A stretch of DNA of 47,896 bases from a virus (Duplodnaviria > Caudoviricetes): positions 1 to 47,896 of IMG/VR virus record IMGVR_UViG_3300012943_000013; one strand, 5' to 3'. Shown one piece after another: positions 9,040 to 17,659 of the stretch. Numbering within the stretch: position 1 is the stretch's first letter; every line of letters starts with the position of its first letter. The position numbers were made by a program, and so were the translations under genes. Under the pieces are notes generated by a model that saw nothing but the letters and a program-made list of their open reading frames with translations, ran no database searches and was not told the DNA's origin.

Positions 9040-9957
9040 TCAAAGCATCTTCTTCTCGCGCATCCGCTTGCCGGTGCTGTTCACCCAGCGCTTGATCGCG
9101 TCCGCCTCCGACAGGTCGGGGTGCGCCGCCGTCGCGATGCGTCGGAGCTCGGGGGTCATCGTGACGCCCGCGTCGCGACTGCCGCCCCCGGACCCGCTCG
9201 ACGGCAGCCCGCTCATGCGGCTCCGGTCGCTCGCCGACGGGGCCTTCTTCGCGCCGAGCTTGAACTTGACCATGGCCTCCTCCATGACCTGCTCGACTAA
9301 CTCCGCCGACTGCGTCTCGCCGAGCGCCTGGCGCGCGTGGAACATCGCCTCGGCGTACTTGTACGCCTGGCTGTTTCCGTACACTTCGGGATACTTCGCT
9401 ACCCAGACACCGCGAGCGCGCTCCTGCTGCTGCGCCGGCTCGCGCTGGGCGAGGGCCCACTCCGTGTGGATGCGCGTCTTCTCGGTCTCGACCTCGCGCG
9501 CGATCGCCTCGTAGTGCTTGGCGCGCGCCTCGGTGAACGTGCCCGCCTTGACCTCCGCCTGCGCCGCCGTGTAGGCCGAGCTCTGCTTGGCGTAGACCGC
9601 GTCGAGCCGCTTCTCGTACTCGCTCTTGGCGTCGTTCGCGGGCTGCTGCTGCATCCGCTGCATCGCCGTGAGCTGCCCGCGCATCTCGGCCAGCTCGCGC
9701 TCGCGCTGGGTGTCGCGCTCCTCCAGCTCCTTGGTGCGCTTGACCGCGTCCTCCGCCTGCTTGAGGCGGGAATTCAGCCGCTCCTGCCGACGGTCCCGGC
9801 GGAGCTTCCGCTCCTCGGGGCTGTCGGTGGGCTTGTCGTCATCGTCGCCGTTGTCGTTCGCCGCGCTCGCTCCGCTGTCGTCATCCGAGAACGGGACCTG
9901 CGTTGCCTGGCGATCCGGATCGCCCATCATGAAGCCACTATCGGCTGTTGCTGCCAT
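9040..9957 (-). CDS. capsid scaffolding protein
   Basis: Acidic N-terminus, long coiled coil, C-terminal 'MTPELRRIA' helix; between portal and capsid. Confidence 0.75.
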   Translation of the reverse strand: MAATADSGFMMGDPDRQATQVPFSDDDSGASAANDNGDDDDKPTDSPEERKLRRDRRQERLNSRLKQAEDAVKRTKELEERDTQRERELAEMRGQLTAMQRMQQQPANDAKSEYEKRLDAVYAKQSSAYTAAQAEVKAGTFTEARAKHYEAIAREVETEKTRIHTEWALAQREPAQQQERARGVWVAKYPEVYGNSQAYKYAEAMFHARQALGETQSAELVEQVMEEAMVKFKLGAKKAPSASDRSRMSGLPSSGSGGGSRDAGVTMTPELRRIATAAHPDLSEADAIKRWVNSTGKRMREKKML

Positions 9958-9966
9958 CTGCTCTCC

Positions 9967-10659
9967 TCACCACGAGTCGGCCACGTAGACCGACTGCTTC
10001 TTGCGGGCGACCCACTCGCCGTTATCGTTCTGGGCGACCTGGTGGCTGTACGCCTCGACGCCGCCGATGTCGACGATGCGCTCCTGCCCAGCGCGGATGC
10101 GTTCCATCAGTGATTCGTTGCCGGCGAGGTCACCGTCGCGCATCACGAGGTAGTGCATCGCCTCGTTGCCGATCGTCTCGCAGCGGCGCGCGAAGGGGAC
10201 GTTCTTGTTCGTGATGACGATGTCGCCCAGCTCGTAACCGTGGCTCATCAGGCGGTCGAGCGCCGTGAGCCCCGCGCTGATGAGCACGCCCCGGTTGCCC
10301 TCCTGCAGGTCCCGGAGCTTGGTCGCGTTCGGCTTGATGATGCCGCCCGTCGTCTTCTCCGCCTTCTCGCCATCCTCGATGCTGAGCGGGAAGACGAAGA
10401 TGCGGTCGAAGCTCGCCTGCACCTTGAAGAAGGCGTCGGTGATGCCGTGCTTCAGTCGAGCCGCTTCGAGGCGAGGCGGCAAGCCGAGAGCGCCCTCGGG
10501 GCTCATGTGCTCTTTGATGCGCTCGGTGCGCGCGATCGCCGCCTTCAGCTCCGGGTCTTCGAAGATGCGGTTCGCGCGCTCGCGCTCCTTCTCGTCCCAG
10601 GCGCTGGTCTTCTCCGGAGCCTTAAACTCGGGGAATGAGTAAATCGTCCCGCTGCTCAT
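9967..10659 (-). CDS. groES: GroES/Cpn10-like co-chaperonin with N-terminal extension
   Basis: 'DRIFV..EKTTGGII.P..GVLISAG..GDIV..YLVMRDGDL' matches the Cpn10 pattern including the mobile loop. Confidence 0.75.
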   Translation of the reverse strand: MSSGTIYSFPEFKAPEKTSAWDEKERERANRIFEDPELKAAIARTERIKEHMSPEGALGLPPRLEAARLKHGITDAFFKVQASFDRIFVFPLSIEDGEKAEKTTGGIIKPNATKLRDLQEGNRGVLISAGLTALDRLMSHGYELGDIVITNKNVPFARRCETIGNEAMHYLVMRDGDLAGNESLMERIRAGQERIVDIGGVEAYSHQVAQNDNGEWVARKKQSVYVADSW

Positions 10660-10919
10660 GACCGCTCCGGCCAGGTCCAGCGCCCACGAGCCAGCTCAGA
10701 GCCGGCGGGGGCGTACGTGAATTCGACGTCGGGCATGTCGAAGAAGCCCGTGGGGTAAAACGCCTTGAGGGAGACGATGTGATCGCACTCCTCCTCACCG
10801 ACGGTCATGGCGCGCTCCTCGACCTTGGTGATGATGGCGGCGATGACCTGGGGCGGGTACTTCCCGTCCTTGTCGCCGAGGTTGGTGTAATGGACGATGC
10901 GTCCAACGGTTGGTGTCAT
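10656..10919 (-). CDS. phage hypothetical protein
   Basis: 'PTVGRIVHY...AAIIT...WTWP' pattern; strong RBS. Confidence 0.7.
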   Translation of the reverse strand: MTPTVGRIVHYTNLGDKDGKYPPQVIAAIITKVEERAMTVGEEECDHIVSLKAFYPTGFFDMPDVEFTYAPAGSELARGRWTWPERS

Positions 10920-11140
10920 GCTCTCTCCTTCAGATGCTCTTGGAAGAACTTGCCCGGGTCCTTGTCAAGCAGCTCGAGGGCCTCACGGACCCGCTCGAGC
11001 GTCTCGGACTGGCAAGCCATGATCTGGGCCTTCTGCAGTTGCTCCGCGCTGGTGGCCCCGACCAGCTGCAGGTGCGCCATCTCCAGCAGCTCGCGCCTGC
11101 GCAGCACGAGATAGCGATGGAAGATGTCGGTGGCGGTCAC
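10916..11140 (-). CDS. hypothetical helical protein
   Basis: GTGA-coupled start (MTATDIFHRY...); ATGA overlap with the next gene. Confidence 0.55.
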   Translation of the reverse strand: MTATDIFHRYLVLRRRELLEMAHLQLVGATSAEQLQKAQIMACQSETLERVREALELLDKDPGKFFQEHLKERA

Positions 11141-11328
11141 AGTCGATCTTCGCCGCGCACGATCAGACAGAGCGCTCTCGATTCGTGCAACGTCACCCGC
11201 GCGCGGTGCAGCTTGTTGAGGCACTCGTCGGTGGGTGACTTCAGCGCCACATCCAGGGCCTCCTCGGCGTCGATGAGCGCCTTTTGAAAGAAGGCCTCTG
11301 CCAGTTCGTTCCGCTCGGCTTGGGTCAT
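11137..11328 (-). CDS. hypothetical protein
   Basis: RBS AGGAG after the portal stop; 63 aa helical. Confidence 0.6.
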   Translation of the reverse strand: MTQAERNELAEAFFQKALIDAEEALDVALKSPTDECLNKLHRARVTLHESRALCLIVRGEDRL

Positions 11329-11337
11329 GCTCTCTCC

Positions 11338-13581
11338 TTACGCAGCCCCCTGCTGCTGGTTGCCGTTAGCCGGCGGTCCCTGCGGGGGCTTGCCTTGTTG
11401 TGGGGGTGGCCCTCCGGGAGGCGCCCCCGACCCGGGCGGGCCAGGAGGAGCCGCACCCGGGGGAGGCATCGGGGGGCTGGTGGGGATGCCGAACATCTGC
11501 GGCGCAGGCGGCGCTTGCCCGAGCAGCCCGATGAGGTCGAAGCGATTGCGCGCCTCGAGGCTCTTGCTGATGACGGCGTGCTTGAGCGCGTAGTTCTGGG
11601 CGAGCTCCGGGACCGCGTTCGGCATCTGGACGAGCGCGTCGGCCTCGCTGATGCGCTGCTGGGTGCTCGTGAACTTGAGGTCGGCGCTGATCTCCACGTC
11701 GTAGGGGCGATCGTACATCTCGCGCCCGACCGAGAACTGGCGCTGTCCGATCTGACCGACGGCGGGGTCGTGGTTCAGAACCGAGAACCACTCGACGTCT
11801 TCGAGGAAGATCGCGTTCAGCGCCGCGTTGTTCTGCAGGATGGTCGTGACGAAGTCGGCGTATTTGCCCGTCGGCACGCTCAACATCTTCGTCGCCTGCT
11901 CGATGCGGGCGCTCAAGCCCTGCGCCGTCTCGCCGCTCTTGCCGCTCTCGCCCGAGAGCACCTCGGGCGTGTTGCTCACGGTGTTGCCGTACCGGATGAG
12001 CATCTCGATGAGCTGCAGCATCTGGGGGTTGGCCTCGCCGAAGTCGAGCGGGATGACGTCCTTGCTCAGGTCCGTCGAGCCCTCCACCTTGTGGATCTTG
12101 CCCGGCTCGAGCGACAGCTTCTCCGGCATCCGGACGCCGCCCTTGACGAGCAGGTTCTTGAAGTTGTGCAGCGTCGCCTGGTCGATGAACGCCGACAGCG
12201 CGATGTTGGCCGCCTTGTTCTGCGCCGCGTGGATCGCGCCCGTGCCCATGCCCTGCACCCCGACGATGGGCTCGATGTTGACGCCGTGCGCGAACATCCG
12301 GATCGGAATGAAGTCGGGCTCGCGGGGCTGCGTGCTCGGGTCCCCGTTCATCCACGCCGGCATCTGCGGCTCGGGCGGCGGCGGCGCCTCCTCGATGGCG
12401 CGCGCCATCATGATGGCCTGGCTCGGGCCGTCCCCCTCGGGGTCCATCTCGTGGCCCATCTGCAGCGCGGCGAGCTTCGTCTGCTGCTGCTCCTGCTGGA
12501 ACGCCTGGATCGCCTGCAGCCCCTGCTGGTAGCGCTGCAGCTCCTGCTGCTCAAATTCGAATCGGCGCTTGTCGTAGGGGTCGATGCGCTCGTGGATGCC
12601 GAGCGCGACGATGGTGGCCGTCCCCTTGTCGATGACGACCTTGCAGTAGCGGTCCCGGTCCTGGCCGGGCAAGTTGATCCATCCCTCGTACTGGATGAGC
12701 TTGTACGGGCCCTTGGTGATGGAGGAGTCGACGCCGATGGCCTTGTCGACCACCGTGCGCAGCTCCTGGCTCATCTCGGCGTCGTCCCACTCGGGCGGCA
12801 GCCGCTTGAGCACCGTCGCGACGTCCTCCCAGTAGCCGTCCTGCTTGCGCAGCTCGTGCGCGTCCATGAACAGCACCTTGGCCACCCACGACACGTCCGA
12901 GTAGTCGGGCATCGTGCTCACGTGCGCGTTGGCGCACACGAACTCCTCGGCGGTCAGAATCTCATGTCGATTACTTCGACGCTGTGGGTCCCAGTAGCTG
13001 TGGCAAGTAACGTCGCCGAACAGATCGAAGATGAGTAGGCCGCGGTGCCCGATCTGACGCTTAAAGTCCTTGATTCGCTTCCGGATCTGCCAGTTGCCGT
13101 GAAGCGACAGGAGCTTCGCAGTCCGCTCGTCGTCGGGTCCGATGGGAGTAACACCAAATACGTTGGTCCAGTTGCCGAATAGCTCATAGCACTGCCTAAA
13201 CACCATTCGGATGGTGTTTTCCATCAGGATCGGGACGTGGGCGTTCGACATCTTCTGGAAGGGCGGGTCCTTCGGGTCGAGCGTGCCCGCGAACAGCTTC
13301 CAGATGTCGGCGTTGCGCTTGCGGACGTTCTCGGTCGAGTCCCACGCCTCCTTGAAGTCGGTGAGGCACTTCTCGGCGATGCGCTTGAGCGCCTGCCGCC
13401 CCTCGGGGTGCGCCTTGAACGCCTTGACGAGGTTCAGCTCCTCGGGGTCATAGTCGAAGGGCAGCTCGGTCTTGCCGTCCTGGCCTACCTCGTAGACGTT
13501 CTCCGGCTGCTCGGGCTCGGCGCCCTCGGCGTTGTCGTTGGCCGCCTCGATGCCCTCGCGGGTCTCTTCTTCACGCGGCAT
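11338..13581 (-). CDS. portal protein
   Basis: 747 aa after TerL; 'VLSGESGKSGETAQG..RIEQA' and Pro/Gln-rich tail typical of P22-like portals. Confidence 0.88.
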   Translation of the reverse strand: MPREEETREGIEAANDNAEGAEPEQPENVYEVGQDGKTELPFDYDPEELNLVKAFKAHPEGRQALKRIAEKCLTDFKEAWDSTENVRKRNADIWKLFAGTLDPKDPPFQKMSNAHVPILMENTIRMVFRQCYELFGNWTNVFGVTPIGPDDERTAKLLSLHGNWQIRKRIKDFKRQIGHRGLLIFDLFGDVTCHSYWDPQRRSNRHEILTAEEFVCANAHVSTMPDYSDVSWVAKVLFMDAHELRKQDGYWEDVATVLKRLPPEWDDAEMSQELRTVVDKAIGVDSSITKGPYKLIQYEGWINLPGQDRDRYCKVVIDKGTATIVALGIHERIDPYDKRRFEFEQQELQRYQQGLQAIQAFQQEQQQTKLAALQMGHEMDPEGDGPSQAIMMARAIEEAPPPPEPQMPAWMNGDPSTQPREPDFIPIRMFAHGVNIEPIVGVQGMGTGAIHAAQNKAANIALSAFIDQATLHNFKNLLVKGGVRMPEKLSLEPGKIHKVEGSTDLSKDVIPLDFGEANPQMLQLIEMLIRYGNTVSNTPEVLSGESGKSGETAQGLSARIEQATKMLSVPTGKYADFVTTILQNNAALNAIFLEDVEWFSVLNHDPAVGQIGQRQFSVGREMYDRPYDVEISADLKFTSTQQRISEADALVQMPNAVPELAQNYALKHAVISKSLEARNRFDLIGLLGQAPPAPQMFGIPTSPPMPPPGAAPPGPPGSGAPPGGPPPQQGKPPQGPPANGNQQQGAA
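13198..13220 (+). terminator. intrinsic terminator-like hairpin antisense within the portal gene
   Basis: AAACACCAT-TCGG-ATGGTGTTT is a perfect 9-bp stem ending in TTTT. Confidence 0.4.
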
Positions 13582-13726
13582 TCGAGGCCTTCTTCTTCTT
13601 GGGCGCCGGCTTGGCGGGGCGGGGATAGATGAACCGCATTCGGATCTGGATCCCCTCGGCCGTGGCCTTGCTGAAGACGATGTCCACGAGCTGCTGCAGC
13701 GTCAGCTTGTCCGAGTCGAACTTCAC
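13571..13726 (-). CDS. small basic hypothetical protein (51 aa, MKFDSDKLTLQQLV...KKKKASNAA)
   Basis: GGAGG RBS plus GTG; fills the TerL-portal gap. Confidence 0.6.
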   Translation of the reverse strand: MKFDSDKLTLQQLVDIVFSKATAEGIQIRMRFIYPRPAKPAPKKKKASNAA

Positions 13727-13750
13727 ACGCCCTCCATTGTCAGGATTTTG

Positions 13751-15262
13751 TCAGGAGCATCCGTAACCGAAAGTGCCCGTCGCCGGCAAGGGCTCTTCAT
13801 CGTTGTCGTTGGCGGCGAGGATGTCGTCCTCGTGCATCTCCATCGTGATGGAGCCGTGGCCCTGGCTCGCGCGCGCCGAGGCGTACGCCTGCACGTCGAA
13901 CCAATGCTTGAGCGCGCTCTTCTTGTCGGGGATGGTCGAGTCGTTCTCGTCGACCCCGATGCTCGCGAACATCTCGCGCGTCTTCTTGCAACCCTCGAAG
14001 ATCATGAGCGCGGGCGGCCGCTTGTCGTCGAAATCGCGCAGCCTCTCGGTGACGCGCTCGGCGTTGCGCGCGATGGATGCCTTGTCGGCGGGCTGCCAGT
14101 AGATGCCCTTTTCCGCGAACACCTCGGCTTTGCTCTTGCCGCTGTCGCCGCGCTCCTCCCAGAGCTGCGTGTCGGCGACCCCCATCAGCCGCGAGCGGCG
14201 CTGGCGATGGTTCCAGAAGCCGAAGCGCTTCTCGATGTCGATGACCCGCTCGGCGACCTCCGCGTCCCGCATCAGCCGGAAGTTAAACTCGTAGAACTGA
14301 TACAGGTTTTCGTCCGGGTCGATCGCGAACCAGCCGATGGAGCCCGGCGCCTTGAAGCCCCAGTCCATGCTGCGGAACTTGGGCCACTCGCGCGGGATCT
14401 TGAACGGCTCGATGACGTGGACGCCCGGGTTCCAGTCGTCCTCGAAGTAGCCGCCCTCGACGCTGTCCCAGTCGCCGTAGAGGTAGCGTGCGCGCATGTG
14501 CGACGGCTTGCTGAGAAGTCGGATCTTGTACTGCTCGACGAAGCCCTTGTCGGGGTTGTCGTCGAGCTTCGCCGGCAGGAACAGCCGCGTCCGGTAGAAG
14601 ACCTCGCCCGTCTGCGGATCGACCACCTTGCGCGCCAGCTCGACGCCGCCCTTGGGCTCCGGGGTGACGAACCGCTCCTTCAGCCACCCCTGCGCAGGGT
14701 TGCTCATCAGCCGGGTGCGCAGGAGCTTCGAGAGGACCGGATCGGCGGAGCGCACGCGCCCGTCGAGCTCCTCATACTGGAACTCCTCGAATTGGTAGGC
14801 TTCGTCGAAGCCGAGGTGCGTGTACTGCTTGGAGAGGTAGTCCTGGTGCGAGTCCCTCTCGCGGCAGTGGCCGAACGTGAACTTGTAGCCGCTGGTGAAC
14901 GTCCAGCTGTGCCGCTCGCGAGAGTAGACGGCACCAGGGTCGAACTTCGGGAACATGCGCAGGCTGCGGTCGATGTTCTCGAGCAGCTGCGGCATCGAGC
15001 GGCGCAGGTGCAGCGCGTGGCCCTCGCTCTCGCCGGGACGGATGCGGTGCTGCTTGCACATCTCGGCGAGCCACGGCGGGAGCTGGTCGAGAAACTGCCC
15101 CGTCGCCCGCGCGTGCTCGACCACCGCCTGCGTGACGAGCGGATCCCACAAGAGGGTGAGGCTCTTGCCGGGGCCGGCGCTGCCGCCGCCCAGCACCTCG
15201 TCGCTGGTCGTCTCGTGGAACTTGGCGCTCCACGGGGAGGGCGAATAGAGCGCGCGATCCAC
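13751..15262 (-). CDS. terL: terminase large subunit
   Basis: Walker A GGSAGPGKS, Walker B HLGFDEA, motif III LMSNP, nuclease RSMDWG. Confidence 0.95.
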   Translation of the reverse strand: MDRALYSPSPWSAKFHETTSDEVLGGGSAGPGKSLTLLWDPLVTQAVVEHARATGQFLDQLPPWLAEMCKQHRIRPGESEGHALHLRRSMPQLLENIDRSLRMFPKFDPGAVYSRERHSWTFTSGYKFTFGHCRERDSHQDYLSKQYTHLGFDEAYQFEEFQYEELDGRVRSADPVLSKLLRTRLMSNPAQGWLKERFVTPEPKGGVELARKVVDPQTGEVFYRTRLFLPAKLDDNPDKGFVEQYKIRLLSKPSHMRARYLYGDWDSVEGGYFEDDWNPGVHVIEPFKIPREWPKFRSMDWGFKAPGSIGWFAIDPDENLYQFYEFNFRLMRDAEVAERVIDIEKRFGFWNHRQRRSRLMGVADTQLWEERGDSGKSKAEVFAEKGIYWQPADKASIARNAERVTERLRDFDDKRPPALMIFEGCKKTREMFASIGVDENDSTIPDKKSALKHWFDVQAYASARASQGHGSITMEMHEDDILAANDNDEEPLPATGTFGYGCS

Positions 15263-15594
15263 TACTGCCGCGACCTCAAGTATCCGACGATCACGTCGAC
15301 CAGGCCCTGGTCATACGGCGTCGCGTCGAGCTTCACGGGCTGCCACCAGCGCGAGGGCTCGTGGCGCTCGATGGCGCGCAGGGCCCGGTCCGCCTCGAAG
15401 GCCACCTCGATGATTTCGCTGTCCCGCAGCGGGTGGACGCGGGTGTCGACCGCGACCCACTTCTCCATCTTGCCGGCGACGATGCGCTCGCCCCGGTCGA
15501 AGTAGGTGATGCGGGTCTCGCCGCCGAACAGCTCGACCTTGCCCGCCTTGCCGTCGTCGGTGCGGACCATCAGGGCGCCGAGGGTCAGGGTCAC
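15262..15594 (-). CDS. hypothetical protein
   Basis: Translationally coupled ORF with GC3-rich codons. Confidence 0.6.
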   Translation of the reverse strand: MTLTLGALMVRTDDGKAGKVELFGGETRITYFDRGERIVAGKMEKWVAVDTRVHPLRDSEIIEVAFEADRALRAIERHEPSRWWQPVKLDATPYDQGLVDVIVGYLRSRQ

Positions 15595-15809
15595 TCCTCG
15601 TCCCCCGCGTCGAGGCCGCTCATGTCCACGACCAGCCCGATCATGCGCCCGTCGAAGCCGCAGAACACGCAGCGCCCCTCCTCGTCGCGTTGCTCGCCCT
15701 GCGTCAGCAGTAAGTCGAACTCGCGGCAGAAGTGCCAGCCCTCCCGTTGCTCCTCGATGGTGAGTGGGCCATCGCTCGCGTCCAGCTCCCGGTAGCGCTC
15801 GTCCGTCAC
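15591..15809 (-). CDS. hypothetical protein (WHFC..CVFC)
   Basis: GTGA overlap start, GAGG RBS. Confidence 0.55.
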   Translation of the reverse strand: MTDERYRELDASDGPLTIEEQREGWHFCREFDLLLTQGEQRDEEGRCVFCGFDGRMIGLVVDMSGLDAGDEE

Positions 15810-16042
15810 TCGCTCACCTCGTAGGGGAGGTGGAGAGGGCACCAGGTGTGGTGGGTCCCGTCGGCGAGCCCGCACTCGTCACACGCGAGCCGCCAGACGC
15901 GCCCGTTTTCGAAGCTCACGTTGACGACGCCACCGCCGGGGGCGATGACGAGCTTGTCGCCCTGGTCGCTCACCAACGTGATGGGCTTCGAGGAAGAGTT
16001 GCGAAACTCGCAGGTCTTGCCGAAGCGCAGGTCAGGCAGCAC
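15806..16042 (-). CDS. hypothetical protein with C-terminal CxxC..H..C
   Basis: TAGTG coupling to the upstream gene. Confidence 0.5.
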   Translation of the reverse strand: MLPDLRFGKTCEFRNSSSKPITLVSDQGDKLVIAPGGGVVNVSFENGRVWRLACDECGLADGTHHTWCPLHLPYEVSE

Positions 16043-16464
16043 TACTCGATCTCCCTTCGGGGATAGACGCTGACCGTCGGATGGGCGGCGCTCGTCGGAG
16101 CCGGCAGCTGGATTTGGACGTTCAGCTCGTTCGCCTTGACCACGGCGCCCCGCCGAGCCCGGGTGACGGCCGTCACGTACTGAAGCGCGAGCTTGGTGGC
16201 GTTCGGCGCCAGCGCCTGGGGCAGCCACCCCGTCTTGGCGACGGCGAGCTTCTGCTTGGCCCCCTCGGCGCCGTACTGCTCCACCCACTCGGGGGAGGGC
16301 TCCTGCTGGTTCGGGGCCACCTCGTGGAAGGAGAGGGTCGCCTCGAGGACGCCAGCGGCGCGCTGGTAGATGTTGTCCTCAATCTCGACGATCCGGGCGA
16401 GGCGCTCTTCGACGCGCTTCGGGTCGCTCAGCTCCTTGGCGAGGAACGCTCTCTCGTTCACCAT
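16042..16464 (-). CDS. possible terminase small subunit
   Basis: 140 aa helical protein ending in a beta-like 'ELNVQIQLP'; first gene of the late operon. Identity from position only. Confidence 0.45.
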   Translation of the reverse strand: MVNERAFLAKELSDPKRVEERLARIVEIEDNIYQRAAGVLEATLSFHEVAPNQQEPSPEWVEQYGAEGAKQKLAVAKTGWLPQALAPNATKLALQYVTAVTRARRGAVVKANELNVQIQLPAPTSAAHPTVSVYPRREIE

Positions 16465-16475
16465 GGAGCACCAGT

Positions 16476-16793
16476 ATGCCCCGTCGGCCGTTCAGTGGCG
16501 AGTGTTCAGTGGTCCTTGGCCGGGAGGAGGGTCCCCCGGGGGAGCGCGTCTACCTCCACGAGCTGAGCGCGTACCTCGGTGTCCCGCTCGGCGAGATCCG
16601 CAAGTTCTGCCGGGAGCACTGCATGGAGCTGAAGGCGGGGATGGGCTCCTGCAGGCTCCCGATCGGCTACTGCACGCCCCAGAGCGCCCGGAACGTCATC
16701 CTGTACTTCCGCTCCCGGGACGGGGCCTTCCTGCTCGACCGGAGCCCGAAGCGGTACACCCCCAAGCGCCTACGGGGCCTGACGAAAATATGA
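16476..16793 (+). CDS. hypothetical protein, possible HTH (start uncertain)
   Basis: 'VYLHELSAYLGVPLGEIRKF' resembles an HTH; GC3-rich codons. Confidence 0.5.
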   Translation: MPRRPFSGECSVVLGREEGPPGERVYLHELSAYLGVPLGEIRKFCREHCMELKAGMGSCRLPIGYCTPQSARNVILYFRSRDGAFLLDRSPKRYTPKRLRGLTKI

Positions 16794-16802
16794 CGGGAGG
16801 AT

Positions 16803-17072
16803 CAGTATTAACACTGAACAAAAGTCCCGGTAGACTCGACACCAGGCGACTTCAGGACGCCGGTAACGAGTTGCCGGCGGGACTGTCAGACAAAAGACGC
16901 TCGAGAGCGAAGGGCGTCCCGCACCGCGGCTCTGCCGCGTTCGGAGAGGCCGCCGCCAGTCGAGTCATTGGCGGGTGGCTCATTTACAGCTTGAGAACGT
17001 AGCCTGCGGAACTTCTTCCACGGGAGCAGGCGGTCGGGCATGCGAGCCCACCGCCCACCTGTTCAGCTACTG
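16803..17072 (+). ncRNA. orphan ~270-nt structured ncRNA candidate
   Basis: Intergenic; nested long-range stems (CTGAACA/TGTTCAG, GACTCGAC/GTCGAGTC, GGCGGGTGGCTC/GAGCCCACCGCC) plus local hairpins. Confidence 0.55.
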
Positions 17073-17102
17073 GGGGCCGGCGCCATCGTGTAAGAGGGCG
17101 CG

Positions 17103-17378
17103 ATGGGGAAGATCCAAATGGGAGTGCCGGGTCGCTACGACTCGGAGGTTGAGCATCTGCTGCGTTCGACGACCGCGCGCGCAGCGATCGTCATCGTGGT
17201 CGATGGCTACAAGGGTGACGGCATGAGCGTCGCTGGCAGGCCGAGCGCGATGGAGTGGCAGGAGGCGGCTACCATCGTAGCCTGCCTCCGCGAGCATGCG
17301 GACTACATCGAGCAGCGTGGCGGCTATCTCGGCGTGGCCGCGACGTACACCGTTGTCAAACCGGCGGGCAGCGCATGA
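17103..17378 (+). CDS. hypothetical protein
   Basis: GAGG RBS; ATGA coupling to the next gene. Confidence 0.65.
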   Translation: MGKIQMGVPGRYDSEVEHLLRSTTARAAIVIVVDGYKGDGMSVAGRPSAMEWQEAATIVACLREHADYIEQRGGYLGVAATYTVVKPAGSA

Positions 17379-17659
17379 GCGAGAGGGATGTCGTCCTCCC
17401 GGAGGCTCGCATGGTCGAGCTGGAGGACAGCGAGATCATCGAACGCCAACGCAAGCTCATCAAGGAGCTGGAAGCGCAGCTCGAGGCGCATGTCAGAGCG
17501 TCGACGCACATCGAGCGCGTCGAACGTAAGCTGTTCGTCCGGCAGGCGGCCATCGCCATCTACAGCGCCGGCATGAGCGGTGACGGCGTCGGCTTCAGCG
17601 ACCGCACCGCATGGGAGGCCGCCGAGGCCTTGTGGCAAGCCAAGCCGGAGGATTGCTGA
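17375..17659 (+). CDS. hypothetical protein
   Basis: Coupled start MSERDVVL; coiled coil. Confidence 0.6.
   Translation: MSERDVVLPEARMVELEDSEIIERQRKLIKELEAQLEAHVRASTHIERVERKLFVRQAAIAIYSAGMSGDGVGFSDRTAWEAAEALWQAKPEDC

Noticed and set aside
480-15505. Long + strand ORFs (e.g. 480..2435, 7105..9027, 11284..13038, 13532..15505)
   Set aside because: Antisense shadows of GC3-rich minus-strand structural genes; V/L/R/H-rich with no motifs
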